DNA of 64,000 nt from an uncultured bacterium (GTDB lineage: Bacteria > Auribacterota > Erginobacteria > Erginobacterales > Erginobacteraceae), in assembly GCA_963822585.1 (NCBI GenBank), contig CAWGIE010000017.1:32001-96000 (forward strand), in the 5' to 3' direction. The translations under genes and the position numbers were made by a program. This document shows, piece after piece, positions 40,001-48,945 of this stretch. The notes below the pieces were generated by a model. That model did no database searches. It saw only the letters and a program-made list of their open reading frames with translations, and was not told the DNA's origin. The first letter of the stretch is position 1. Each line of letters begins with the position of its first letter.

Positions 40001-40132
40001 CGGCACGTCCAGCCCGGGAAACAGACCCACCGGCAAATGAAGGAGAGCAAAGGCCCCTCCCCAGACCGCGATCAATACCATCAGGATGACCGCGATCGGG
40101 TTGACAATGGCCAGTTGGAGGAACTTGCGCAT
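37091..40132 (-). CDS. RND efflux permease (CusA/CzcA/AcrB family)
   Basis: About 1013 aa; GMVVDDAIVVAEN, GIAVNNAIVL, RLRPILMT. Confidence 0.95.
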   Translation of the reverse strand: MRKFLQLAIVNPIAVILMVLIAVWGGAFALLHLPVGLFPGLDVPVVNAISHYPGTAAEDMELLITRPIEERIRTIPGVHRVSSTSIEGLSQITAEFVWGTRLTDARQLVQAELSSIQGDLPAGVKPRLENIGTTLQEVAGYVVYGGGSPVDLRTIAQMTLASRLMSVDGVSRVEVLGGDVPAFIVQLRPAALPREHLTISDVAAALARYNQAVPADFIDRGSREYPIRGDSRLRTLEDVLAVPVISDGAASVFINDIAVVRSGLAPRHYQVHGNGLPAVAVIVSKQPDASTIDVVRGIDRELEKLQALLPPGAQVRKFYDQADIVTEARDSLFYDLIVGAILATAVLFFFMGTFRATLIVTATIPITLLAALALMQAFGQTLNVITLSALTLAVGMVVDDAIVVAENVVRHLQPGKNRRTATIDGALEIAGPDASGTFTTVAAFAPLLFLGGIAGLFARPFGLVVSIALLVSLAVSLTFVPMMFGHLGLMGPRRALGSRLLARLDGGLQRVLGFTFARRGLTILLGILLLGLGGLAAWLGPVNVLPAIDEGAILIEYIMPPGTSLKESDRVGDILERQALSQEDVETVYRRTGSPERGFQVEGVNRGELTMKLQPRTVRTRSLAEIMAALRREYEQIPGVAFLYHQPTQEKMDESLSGLPALFGVTIFGPDMNELVALADQAEGIMAQDPVLANIVNNTKIKSPQIIVRPDPVELARCGISPGDVFATIQAARFGVQATTIVRQQQEIPVLVKVDTPPDVTLDWLEGISIPTPSGRIVPLGRVAGVRVTHLPAAVTRLNGEREITILAEVNGSIPAAVNRLREKFSAISLPDGYSIAFTGQYQVMKRTVLDFGLIGLAAVMLIYLIMAMQFRSWLQPLIILFTIPVALVGAIVLLAITQVGLDVSVGMGALALVGIAVNNAIVLLDYSNRQRAAGKTISDSLRSAASVRLRPILMTALTTIFALIPVAVNPAVGSRIFQPFAITVIGGLLSATAATLLLVPVLATISLPHQRK

Positions 40133-40135
40133 GGG

Positions 40136-41236
40136 TCAGTCCTGGACCTTGAACTCCTGGTTGAACCGGCGGTAGAAAAGTTCATACGCGCCCCGGGTGA
40201 CCACGGATTGGTTTGGTTCCAACCCCGACCGGACCTCGACCCAGCCGTCCTGCATCAGTCCCAGCCGAACGCTGACCGGTTCGTAGGCGCCGTCTTTCTC
40301 GACGAAAAGATAGGGGTGTTCCTCCGGGTCATAGACGATCGCGGACTCCGGCACCGCCAGGCTCTCCGGCCCGGCTTCGACGACCAGGCTCCCCCCCACG
40401 GTCTGGCCGGGGCGGAGTTGCCGGTCGATTTGCGGCCCTTCGATCCAGACTTGCACCGCGCCCGTGCTGCCGGCCCGGGGGAGAACGCTCTGGACCAAAC
40501 CCGTCAGGCTCCGGCTGTCGTCCAGGCGGATGGTGGCCTCCTTCCCTTTAAGCTCGATCTCTTCCGGCGGGAAGATGGAAGCCTCGATCAGGAGATGGCC
40601 GGGATCGACAATTTCGCCGATGACCTGCCCGGCCGCGACCTCCGCGCCCTCGACGGTTTGCCGGTTGGTGAAGATCCCGCTGATGGGCGCGACGATGGAG
40701 GCTTGTTGCTCAAAAGTCTCCAGGTTCAGCCGGGCTTCGCGGAGTTGGGCCTGGAGGCTGATTTCCAGGTCCTCGGCTTGGGCCACCTGATTTTTGGTCG
40801 CCAGTTGCGTCTCCAAATTCTGTTGGAGCCGTTCCACCGTCCGGCGGGAAAGCTCGAGCCGGGATTCCAGGGCCGTGACCTCGGTGGCCAGCCGGGCCCG
40901 TTGTCCTTCAACCAGAGGTCCCCCCAGCCGGGCCACCAGCTTGCCTTTCTCGATGGGGGCATGGTCGACGGCCTCGATGGATTCGATCCGGCCGGCCACC
41001 AGTGCGGGCAACTCCACCGAGGCCCGGGATTGCACGGCGCCGATCCAGGGCAGACGAAGAAGGAATACGCGCGTGGTCGGCACGGCGGTGGTCAGCAGCG
41101 GGGGGATGGCCGGCAGTGTCTTGGCAGCTGCCTCTTTCTCCCCGTCCGCCCCGCGAGTTGTCGAGGACCAGCAGGTCAGGGCCAGGCCGGCGAACGCAAC
41201 GGCCAGAACCAAAGCGATACCGTGCTTAACCTTCAT
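40136..41236 (-). CDS. RND periplasmic adaptor (MFP)
   Basis: IVAPISG, LRPGQ, VPESAIV, VEVRSGL. Confidence 0.93.
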   Translation of the reverse strand: MKVKHGIALVLAVAFAGLALTCWSSTTRGADGEKEAAAKTLPAIPPLLTTAVPTTRVFLLRLPWIGAVQSRASVELPALVAGRIESIEAVDHAPIEKGKLVARLGGPLVEGQRARLATEVTALESRLELSRRTVERLQQNLETQLATKNQVAQAEDLEISLQAQLREARLNLETFEQQASIVAPISGIFTNRQTVEGAEVAAGQVIGEIVDPGHLLIEASIFPPEEIELKGKEATIRLDDSRSLTGLVQSVLPRAGSTGAVQVWIEGPQIDRQLRPGQTVGGSLVVEAGPESLAVPESAIVYDPEEHPYLFVEKDGAYEPVSVRLGLMQDGWVEVRSGLEPNQSVVTRGAYELFYRRFNQEFKVQD

Positions 41237-42789
41237 GGGGTTTCCCCTTCTTTGGGCGCCGTTGGCGCGGTTACCGGCAACCGGCCCGATCCCGGAATCT
41301 CATAGAAGCCGGCTGCCAGTTCGAGAGCTACCACGGCCTGGGCCAATTGTCCTTTCAGGGCAAAGACTTTCATCCGCGCGGCGGCCAGGTCGTTTTCGGC
41401 CGTGGAATAGGTCAGGGCATCGATTCGCCCATCGGCCAGGGCGGGGCGGTAGCTTTCCAGCAGCTCTTTCAGATCGGTTTCAGCGGCCCGGGCCACGGAG
41501 ATCTGCGCGTTAGTAAAGTGGATCCCGGAGAGGATCAGTTCGATATCCGAACGGGCCGCGAAAACCCGGTTCATATACTCATCGAAAAGTTTTTGCCGGG
41601 TGGCCCGCTCCAGGGCGATCTTTCCCTGTTTGCGATTGAAGAACGGCAGTTCTATGCCGAGGGCGAAACCGGTGGTCTGGATGCTGTCCGTATCCCGGCT
41701 GATCGTCGGCCCGAGGTTGATTTTCGGGAATTGATCCAGGATGGCCACCCGGACCGATTCCTCCTGACTGTCGTAGCCGCGTCGCAGAGCGAGGAGGTCC
41801 AATCGCCTTTGTTCCAACCCCTCAAGCAACGTCGGGCCGGCGGGCGGTTCTACCGGGTCCGGCAGATCGATATCCGGACTCAAGCTGATCGGCGAGTCGG
41901 GCGGCACCCCCAGCAGTTGCTTGAGCTGCAGACGAAGACGATCGGCCTGCTGCTCCAGGTCGAGGAGATTTTCGTCTGCCCGGCGGCTTTCGGTTCGGGC
42001 GGCATTGAGAGCGGCGGACGTCATGGAACCGTCCGCGACGGCTTTCTGAATTTGCGCCACGGTTCGGGACAGGCCTCGGCTGGCCTCTTCAGCCAGGGGA
42101 ATCCGGTTTTGCAGGCTGACCAGCTGATAAACCGCGGTCTTGGCCGCCTGGGCGACCTGCCACTCCTGCCAGCCGACATCCAGGGCGAGCGCCTCGTTTT
42201 GCGCCCCGGCGGCGCCATTTTTTGCCGCCTGAGAGATCAGCGAGGTGACATCCCAGGACACCCCCAGGCCATAGGCGGTTACCCTTCCCGCCGTGGGGCC
42301 GGCCGTAGGCACACCCAGGGTGTAAATCAGTTCCGGATTGGGCAATAGTCCGGCGTCGAGAAGTTGAGCGCTCAATAAATCCTTTTGATCCCGGATCGTA
42401 CGGAGGGAAGGGTTCAAGAGGACCGCGAGCACGGCCGCGCTATCGGGGGAAAGCCCCTCGTCCGGATTCAATTCCACCGACTGGAGGATGGGGTGGTCGA
42501 TCTCGCTTGCCGGAATACGCAACTCTGCCATGTCGGGGGGCTGCTGCGCGGCATAAACGGCGGCAGGGGTAAGCGGCATCGGATGATACGCAGAACAACC
42601 GCCGATCAGGAGTACTATGCTAACGCTTCCAATAAAGGAGACTTTCCACAACCGGGGTGATGCCATACCGGCGGAACTCAGGGATGAACCAAGAGTTAAC
42701 GAATGCCGCTCTTCCTTCCCGTGGCGCGCCTGGAAGCATCGTTTTTTCAATACTTCTCTCCTGAGTTTCCCCTGCAAAACGGCGGACAT
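41233..42789 (-). CDS. TolC-family outer-membrane factor (lipoprotein)
   Basis: LIGGC lipobox; AGLLPNPEL; ELPFFNRKQG; true start probably downstream of 42789. Confidence 0.9.
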   Translation of the reverse strand: MSAVLQGKLRREVLKKRCFQARHGKEERHSLTLGSSLSSAGMASPRLWKVSFIGSVSIVLLIGGCSAYHPMPLTPAAVYAAQQPPDMAELRIPASEIDHPILQSVELNPDEGLSPDSAAVLAVLLNPSLRTIRDQKDLLSAQLLDAGLLPNPELIYTLGVPTAGPTAGRVTAYGLGVSWDVTSLISQAAKNGAAGAQNEALALDVGWQEWQVAQAAKTAVYQLVSLQNRIPLAEEASRGLSRTVAQIQKAVADGSMTSAALNAARTESRRADENLLDLEQQADRLRLQLKQLLGVPPDSPISLSPDIDLPDPVEPPAGPTLLEGLEQRRLDLLALRRGYDSQEESVRVAILDQFPKINLGPTISRDTDSIQTTGFALGIELPFFNRKQGKIALERATRQKLFDEYMNRVFAARSDIELILSGIHFTNAQISVARAAETDLKELLESYRPALADGRIDALTYSTAENDLAAARMKVFALKGQLAQAVVALELAAGFYEIPGSGRLPVTAPTAPKEGETP

Positions 42790-43180
42790 GACCTTCGTTT
42801 TGGACGCCGTAAAGCGCGGTTTTTAAACATAACGGTCACTTCTATTGTTCGCCGTTGCGGCGTCAGATGCAAGTTATATTTCAGGGGGGGGCAAACGTCG
42901 TCCTGATCCGTGGTGCCCGATCAGAACCACTTTCTTCGGGCGAATGGGCGACCGGGATCCGGCAGCAGATTTTTATAGTGGCATTTCCTCTTTTTTCGGT
43001 GTATATATTATTTTTTGTTTCGGAAGTTCACTATTGTCCTTCCGGAGAAGGAAAAGGAGAATGCTGTAACCGCATAAACCAGATTTCTATTCATAAATAC
43101 ATTGAGCAACAATGAGTAAACCGGAATTTAATGGAAATCTTTAATTTTCATGAATATCCCGGGTTAAGGAGAAACATCGG

Positions 43181-44146
43181 ATGCCCGATCAGAAGGAACT
43201 CACCTTAAAAGATTATATGCGCGTTCTCCGGAAACGGCGGAAGCTGATCATCGGAGGGACGCTTCTCTGTCTGGCGGCGGCGGGCGCCGTCACCCTGATT
43301 ATGCCCCGGCTCTATCAATCCCAGCTGATTCTGGAGGTGGGAAAAATCTATCTCCCCCCGGCCAAGGAGAAGCCGAAGCAGGAGATCGAATTCCTGGAGG
43401 AGCCCGACGCCACCGCCGAGATCATCCGCAGCGAGGCCGTCCTCTCCCGGGTCCGGGACCAGCTGGGACTGGATGAGCCGCTGGAAGAGATGCGCAAGCA
43501 CCTGGAGACCGTCACCTTCCTGGAAGACGTCAGCCCGACCAAGATGGGGTCTCCCCTGGTAGAGGTCATCTACCAGGACAACCCGCCCCAAACCGTCGTC
43601 GACGTGCTCAACGGGCTGGCCCGGATCGTCATCGAGCAGCACCAGAAAAGGTATCTTGATACCATCGACGCTCTGAAAAGCCGGGTCGTCAACCTGGAGG
43701 AAAAAATCACCGGACTGCAGGAGGTGGTCGACCGACAGCTGGAATTGCGCAAGAACATCCTCCAGCGGATCGAACTGCTCACGGGAAAGATCTCCGATTT
43801 TGACGACAAGGTGGACAAACGGGGCGCGGAAGGAAGCCAGGCGGAGGCGTTCTTCATCGATTCCTACGCCAGCAACCAGGAGAGAATCATCAGCGTCCTC
43901 AACGAGGCGATGACCGAGATCGATACTTCCGTGGCCGAGAACGGGGAGAAGATCGGGGATTTCAAGGACGAGATCGCCAATCTCCGCAACCTGGCCGACC
44001 TCTGCCAGCAGACCCGCGTCCGGAGCCAGCCGGTCGTCCCCGAGAAGCCGATCAAGCCCCGGCCGGCACTCAACCTGGCGATCGGCCTCCTGGTCGGTTT
44101 GCTCCTGACGCTCTCCATCGCCTTCTTCAAAGAGAACATGGAATAA
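43181..44146 (+). CDS. wzz: Polysaccharide chain-length determinant
   Basis: ELTLKDYMRVL, two TMs, coiled coil, PEKPIKPRPALNLAIG. Confidence 0.88.
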   Translation: MPDQKELTLKDYMRVLRKRRKLIIGGTLLCLAAAGAVTLIMPRLYQSQLILEVGKIYLPPAKEKPKQEIEFLEEPDATAEIIRSEAVLSRVRDQLGLDEPLEEMRKHLETVTFLEDVSPTKMGSPLVEVIYQDNPPQTVVDVLNGLARIVIEQHQKRYLDTIDALKSRVVNLEEKITGLQEVVDRQLELRKNILQRIELLTGKISDFDDKVDKRGAEGSQAEAFFIDSYASNQERIISVLNEAMTEIDTSVAENGEKIGDFKDEIANLRNLADLCQQTRVRSQPVVPEKPIKPRPALNLAIGLLVGLLLTLSIAFFKENME

Positions 44147-44170
44147 TTTCACCACTTCGGAATTTCAAGA

Positions 44171-44228
44171 AACCGCGGATTAAACTGATTAAGCGGATTA
44201 TTTCATTTAATCAGCAAAATCAGCGGTT
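44171..44228. repeat. Small inverted nonamer-repeat element
   Basis: AACCGCGGATTAAACTGATTAAGCGGATT ... AATCAGCAAAATCAGCGGTT. Confidence 0.7.
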
Positions 44229-44282
44229 GAATAAGTTGCGAAGTTATCTCTTTACCCGCGAAAATAAAAGGAAATCAATACT

Positions 44283-46097
44283 ATGCCCGGAATCAACCTG
44301 CTCGTCGGCAACGCCGGGGGAGAGGAAACGCTGGAAGCTCTTCTTCTGGCCGCCCAGGAGACGATTCTTCCCCTCCCCGATTATCGGAGTGAAACGTTAT
44401 TCTCCTCGGACCGGTTTTGCGCCGGAGTCACCCGCTATCCCGCCTATCCCGTCCGGGTAATTGAATCCGGTGAAACGCTGATTATTTTCGAAGGCCGGAT
44501 ATACAGCAAGAGCACGCCGGAGGTGGAGAGCGATCTCATCCGCCTGGCCGGGGTTCTCGCCCGCGGCGAAGAAAACGCGGGCGAGACGCTCGGCCAATGG
44601 CTCCGGAGCGTCGACGGAGATTTCATCGCCGTCGTCTGGGATCGTACCCGGCAACGGCTCTTTCTCTTCAATGACGCCCTGGGGCGGCTCCCGGTCTACT
44701 ATTCCCGGAACGGGAACCTGGCCGCGGTCTCGCGCAGAGCGGCCTTCTGCGTTCATTTCACCGGTCAGCCGGCCGCCGACCGGCGGGGACTGGCCGAGAC
44801 GCTGCTCCTCGGATTCCCCCTGGGGAAGCGGACGCTGGTGGAGGGCGTCTCCCGCCTCTCTCCGGGGACCCTGCTTACCGTTGAAGGGGATAAACCCGAG
44901 ATCTCGCGCCAGCCGGTATGCTCGTTCAATTTCGACCGGAAAGACCAGACCGGAAAGACCTATGAACGCATGGCCGGGGAACTGGAAGACCTGTTCCTGA
45001 ACGCCTGCCGGGCACGGGCCGGAGAGGGAGACGGCCAAGCCGCCGTGGTCGCTTTAAGCGGCGGGTTGGACTCGCGGGCGGTGGCGGCGGGACTCAAAAA
45101 GACCGGGGTGAAAGCCGTTGGGGCCACCTTCCTCGACTTCGCCCGGGAGCGGGAACCGGATGCCACCCTGGCCGGACGGATCGCGGACGCCCTGGAGATG
45201 CCCTGGCGGCTCTTCGATCTGAAAAAGCCGGACGGGGACGACTGCCTGCTGATGATAGCCCTGAAAGACGGCCTCTGCAGCACCGGCATGAGTTTCATCC
45301 TCGATTTCTTCCGGCAGATCAAGGAGACGTACGGGCCGGACCTGATCCATTTTACCGGGGACGAGGGAAATATCCTGCTCCCGGACATGCGCCCCCCCCA
45401 GAAGCTCCGTGCCATCGACGACCTGGTCGACTGCATCATCAGCAATAACGCCTGGCTCACCCTGGAACAGGTCCGGGAACTGACGGGTTTCGAGCCCGAA
45501 GAAATGCGGGGTGAAATCCGGCGCCGGGTGGAAGGGTATCCCGAGAAGGACCTCTCCCAAAAATACATTCACTTCATCATCTTCGAGCACTGCTTCAAAC
45601 TGCAGTTCGAGGGGGAGGAGAAAAGCCGCAGTTACTTCTGGACGGTAGCTCCCTACTATTCTCTCTTCGTTTTCGACTACCTGATGAACGTGCCCGACGA
45701 CCGCAAGCGTTACCACCGGCTCTACGATCACTTCCTGCGCCGGCTGTCGCCGGAAATCGCCGGGATCGACAATGTCGGCTCGTTGGCAGTTCCGCTGCAT
45801 TCGCCGCGACGCTACCTCTATCTGAAAGCCCGGGAACTCTTCTCACTCCTTCCCGCCTCCCTGAAGATCCGGATCAGGGCCCGGGCCCGCAAGCCCTATG
45901 TCAGCAAGAAGATCGATGAATCAATCCGCCGCCGCGCGCTGGAGACACTCTCCGGGAGCCGGCTCCCGGCCCGTTATCTGGACCCCGCGGCAACCCGGGC
46001 TTTGCTCGGCGGCAGCCTGGATAAGGCCCAGTTCGATATCCTGACCACCATCATCCTCTACCTGGATTCTCTGGAAACCGCGCCAGCGGCATCCTGA
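44283..46097 (+). CDS. Asparagine synthase-like amidotransferase
   Basis: NDALGRLPVYY; PP-loop ALSGGLDSR; N-terminus MPGI (no Cys2). Confidence 0.88.
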   Translation: MPGINLLVGNAGGEETLEALLLAAQETILPLPDYRSETLFSSDRFCAGVTRYPAYPVRVIESGETLIIFEGRIYSKSTPEVESDLIRLAGVLARGEENAGETLGQWLRSVDGDFIAVVWDRTRQRLFLFNDALGRLPVYYSRNGNLAAVSRRAAFCVHFTGQPAADRRGLAETLLLGFPLGKRTLVEGVSRLSPGTLLTVEGDKPEISRQPVCSFNFDRKDQTGKTYERMAGELEDLFLNACRARAGEGDGQAAVVALSGGLDSRAVAAGLKKTGVKAVGATFLDFAREREPDATLAGRIADALEMPWRLFDLKKPDGDDCLLMIALKDGLCSTGMSFILDFFRQIKETYGPDLIHFTGDEGNILLPDMRPPQKLRAIDDLVDCIISNNAWLTLEQVRELTGFEPEEMRGEIRRRVEGYPEKDLSQKYIHFIIFEHCFKLQFEGEEKSRSYFWTVAPYYSLFVFDYLMNVPDDRKRYHRLYDHFLRRLSPEIAGIDNVGSLAVPLHSPRRYLYLKARELFSLLPASLKIRIRARARKPYVSKKIDESIRRRALETLSGSRLPARYLDPAATRALLGGSLDKAQFDILTTIILYLDSLETAPAAS

Positions 46098-46107
46098 TCC
46101 TCCGAGT

Positions 46108-48945
46108 ATGCTCACCAGCCGTCCGGTTCTCCCGGGATGGGGATGGCGAGGAACTATGGTAACGAAATATACCCGGTACCCCATGCCGCAGACCTGGTTC
46201 ATTCTGTTTCTTTTCGTGTTATCTTTCATCCCCGGCACCGTAGCCGGCGCCATCCCCGAACTTTCTCCCCGCCACCGGTATCTCTGGCTGGAAACGGAGC
46301 TTTTTCCCGTTAAAGGCGGCTGGACGGTGGACTCCCAGTTCTTCTCCACGGTGGGTTCATCCTACCTCCTGGCGGCCGGGACCGGCGCGCCGGTGGAGGA
46401 CGCCCGCGCCTCGTTCGATGTCGACCGGCCGGGAAAGTACACCGTCTGGGCGCGATCAAAAAACTGGCTTACGGAATTCACTCCGGGACGGTTTCAGGTT
46501 CTCATCGACGATGCGCCCCTCCCCCGCGAATGCGGCACCGCCCCGGTGCCGGAGTGGACCTGGGAAAAAGCCGGGGAGGTCGATCTGCCCGCGGGCAGTC
46601 ACAGCCTGGCCTTGCGCGACCTGACCGGCGCCTACGGCCGGTGCGACGCGGTCCTGATCACCGACGACCCCGATTTCATCCCTCCGGCCGATTCTTCCGG
46701 GACCGGAAGGCTCCGCCGCCATTTCCTGGCCGGCGATGCGCCGCCTCAAACGGTCCGTCAATACCCCGTGGTGGTCATCGGGGGCGGGGTGGGGGGAGTC
46801 TGCGCCGCGGTGGCGGCGGCGCGGGCCGGATGCGAGGTGGCCCTGCTCCAGGATCGCCCCGTCCTGGGAGGAAGCGCCAGTTCGGAGATCGGTATTTCAC
46901 CGGCGGGGGCTTACGCCCGGGGGGACCATCCTTACTACCTGGAAACCGGGATCATCCGGGAACTGAGCCGGGCGCGGGTCCCCTACCGAAGCTGGGACGA
47001 CACCCTGCTCGATGTCGTCCGCGCCGAGAGGGGGATTACCCTCTACCTGAACACCCGGGCGACGAAGGCCGTGGTCGAACCGGCCGGGCATATCCAGGCG
47101 GTGGAGGCGACCGATGTCGTCACCGGCCGGTCATACCGGTTTCCGGGCACGTTATTTCTCGACTGCACCGGCGACGGGGACGTCGCCGTCAGCGCCGGCG
47201 CCGAGTACCGGCAGGGACGGGAAAGCCGGGATGAGCTCGGCGAAAGCCTGGCGCCGCCGGTCCCCGACAGCCGGACCATGGGCACCACCCTCATGTTCCG
47301 TTCAGCCGAAACCGACGAACCGGTTTCCTTCCAACGCCCGGACTGGGCCCATCTTTTCCCGACCGCGGCCGACCTCCCCCATCGCCTGATCGGGAAGGAG
47401 ACCAGCGGATTCTGGTGGATTTCCTACGGCGGGGTCGAAGGCACGATCGCCCGGGGCGAAGAGATCCGGGATGAACTGCTGCGGCTAATTTACGGGGTCT
47501 GGGATTTCGTCAAGAACCGGGATCCAAAGACCCGGGAACTGTTCCGGCGCCGTTACCTGAGCCAGGTGGGTACCGTCGCCGCCAAAAGGGAGAGCCGGAG
47601 GCTGATGGGGGATTATATGCTGACCCAGAAAGATCTGGAAGAGCGTCCGCTCTTTCCCGACCGGGTGGCTTACGGAGGATGGCCGATCGACCTCCATCCC
47701 CCCCGGGGACTCTTCGACCCCGGTCTTCCCAATTTTCAGCAGCCCGTGCAGCCCTACAGCATCCCTTTCCGGGCGCTCTACTCCCGCAACATCGACAATC
47801 TGATGTTTGCCGGGCGCCACATCAGCGCCAGCCATATCGCCCTCGGCTCCACCCGGGTCATCAGAACCATCGCCGCCTGCGCCCAGGCCATCGGGACGGC
47901 GGCCGCGCTCTGCCTGCAGTACGGTCTCACCCCCCGGGAGCTGGGAGAGCAAAAGATAACCGAACTCCAGCAAAGGCTTCTGAAAAACGACGCCCGGATC
48001 CCGGGGCTGCGCGACCTCGATCCCGGCGACCTCGCCCGGAGCGCCCGGGTCCGGGCCTCGTCCTTCGCCGAAACGCTTCCCTGCACCGAAAAGACGGTGC
48101 TCCCCTCCGGCCGGGAGCACCCGATGAATTTTTACCGGGCGATGATGTTCCCCGCGCCGGGGAAAAAGATCGAGAGCGTCTCCCTGCTGGTCCGTTCCGA
48201 GAACAAAAAAGACACCCGGCTGGAACTGGGCCTGAGAAAAGCCCCCGCCTTCGGGGAGTTCGAGATCAGCCGGAGCCTCTTCAGCCTCTCCCGCAAGCCC
48301 GACATCGCCGAAGCCTCCGCCATCGTCCCCCCCGGAGGGCCCCGCTGGGTCACCTTCCGGCTCGATGCCGACGTCGATCCGGACGGATATTACTGGGTAT
48401 ACCTGAAATCGGCCCCGGGGGTTTTCTGGCAGCTGACGAATCACGGACTCCCCTGGAGCTGCCGGGGATACCGGACCGGCGACTGGAAGTATGCCGGCGT
48501 CCGGGAGGGGGTCTACTGCATGACAGTCGACCCTCCCCTCTCCTACCGGGGGACCACCCCGGAGAACGTGATCAACGGTCTTGCCTGGCCCGAAGAGATG
48601 AGCTTCAACATGTGGGTATCGGACCCGGCGGAGCCGTTCCCCCAATGGATCGAGCTGGAGTTCGACGAGCCGGTGGAGTTCAACACGGTCCTTTTGACCT
48701 TTGACACCGGGTTCGATCTCCCCAACTCCTTCCAACCCCGGTCCCCCCTCTGCGTTCAGAGTTACCACATCCAAGTGCCCGACGGTGACGGCTGGAAGAC
48801 GCCGGTCTCGGTCCCCGACAACCGGCAGCGGTTCCGGGCCCATACCTTCGAGACGGTGAAAGCCGACCGCCTCCGTATCCTGATCACCGGGACCAACGGC
48901 GACAAAAGCGCCCGGATCTACGAAATACGGGTTTACAACAACTGA
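46108..48945 (+). CDS. Exported FAD-dependent oxidoreductase with C-terminal discoidin/F5-8-like domain
   Basis: VVVIGGGVGG...QDRPVLGGSASSEI, DCTGDG, KRESRRL, GGWPIDLH, PYSIPFR; ARIYEIRVY end; start uncertain. Confidence 0.9.
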   Translation: MLTSRPVLPGWGWRGTMVTKYTRYPMPQTWFILFLFVLSFIPGTVAGAIPELSPRHRYLWLETELFPVKGGWTVDSQFFSTVGSSYLLAAGTGAPVEDARASFDVDRPGKYTVWARSKNWLTEFTPGRFQVLIDDAPLPRECGTAPVPEWTWEKAGEVDLPAGSHSLALRDLTGAYGRCDAVLITDDPDFIPPADSSGTGRLRRHFLAGDAPPQTVRQYPVVVIGGGVGGVCAAVAAARAGCEVALLQDRPVLGGSASSEIGISPAGAYARGDHPYYLETGIIRELSRARVPYRSWDDTLLDVVRAERGITLYLNTRATKAVVEPAGHIQAVEATDVVTGRSYRFPGTLFLDCTGDGDVAVSAGAEYRQGRESRDELGESLAPPVPDSRTMGTTLMFRSAETDEPVSFQRPDWAHLFPTAADLPHRLIGKETSGFWWISYGGVEGTIARGEEIRDELLRLIYGVWDFVKNRDPKTRELFRRRYLSQVGTVAAKRESRRLMGDYMLTQKDLEERPLFPDRVAYGGWPIDLHPPRGLFDPGLPNFQQPVQPYSIPFRALYSRNIDNLMFAGRHISASHIALGSTRVIRTIAACAQAIGTAAALCLQYGLTPRELGEQKITELQQRLLKNDARIPGLRDLDPGDLARSARVRASSFAETLPCTEKTVLPSGREHPMNFYRAMMFPAPGKKIESVSLLVRSENKKDTRLELGLRKAPAFGEFEISRSLFSLSRKPDIAEASAIVPPGGPRWVTFRLDADVDPDGYYWVYLKSAPGVFWQLTNHGLPWSCRGYRTGDWKYAGVREGVYCMTVDPPLSYRGTTPENVINGLAWPEEMSFNMWVSDPAEPFPQWIELEFDEPVEFNTVLLTFDTGFDLPNSFQPRSPLCVQSYHIQVPDGDGWKTPVSVPDNRQRFRAHTFETVKADRLRILITGTNGDKSARIYEIRVYNN

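Noticed and set aside
42845..43115. Short ORFs between tolC and wzz
   Set aside because: No RBS or motifs; more likely a divergent promoter region
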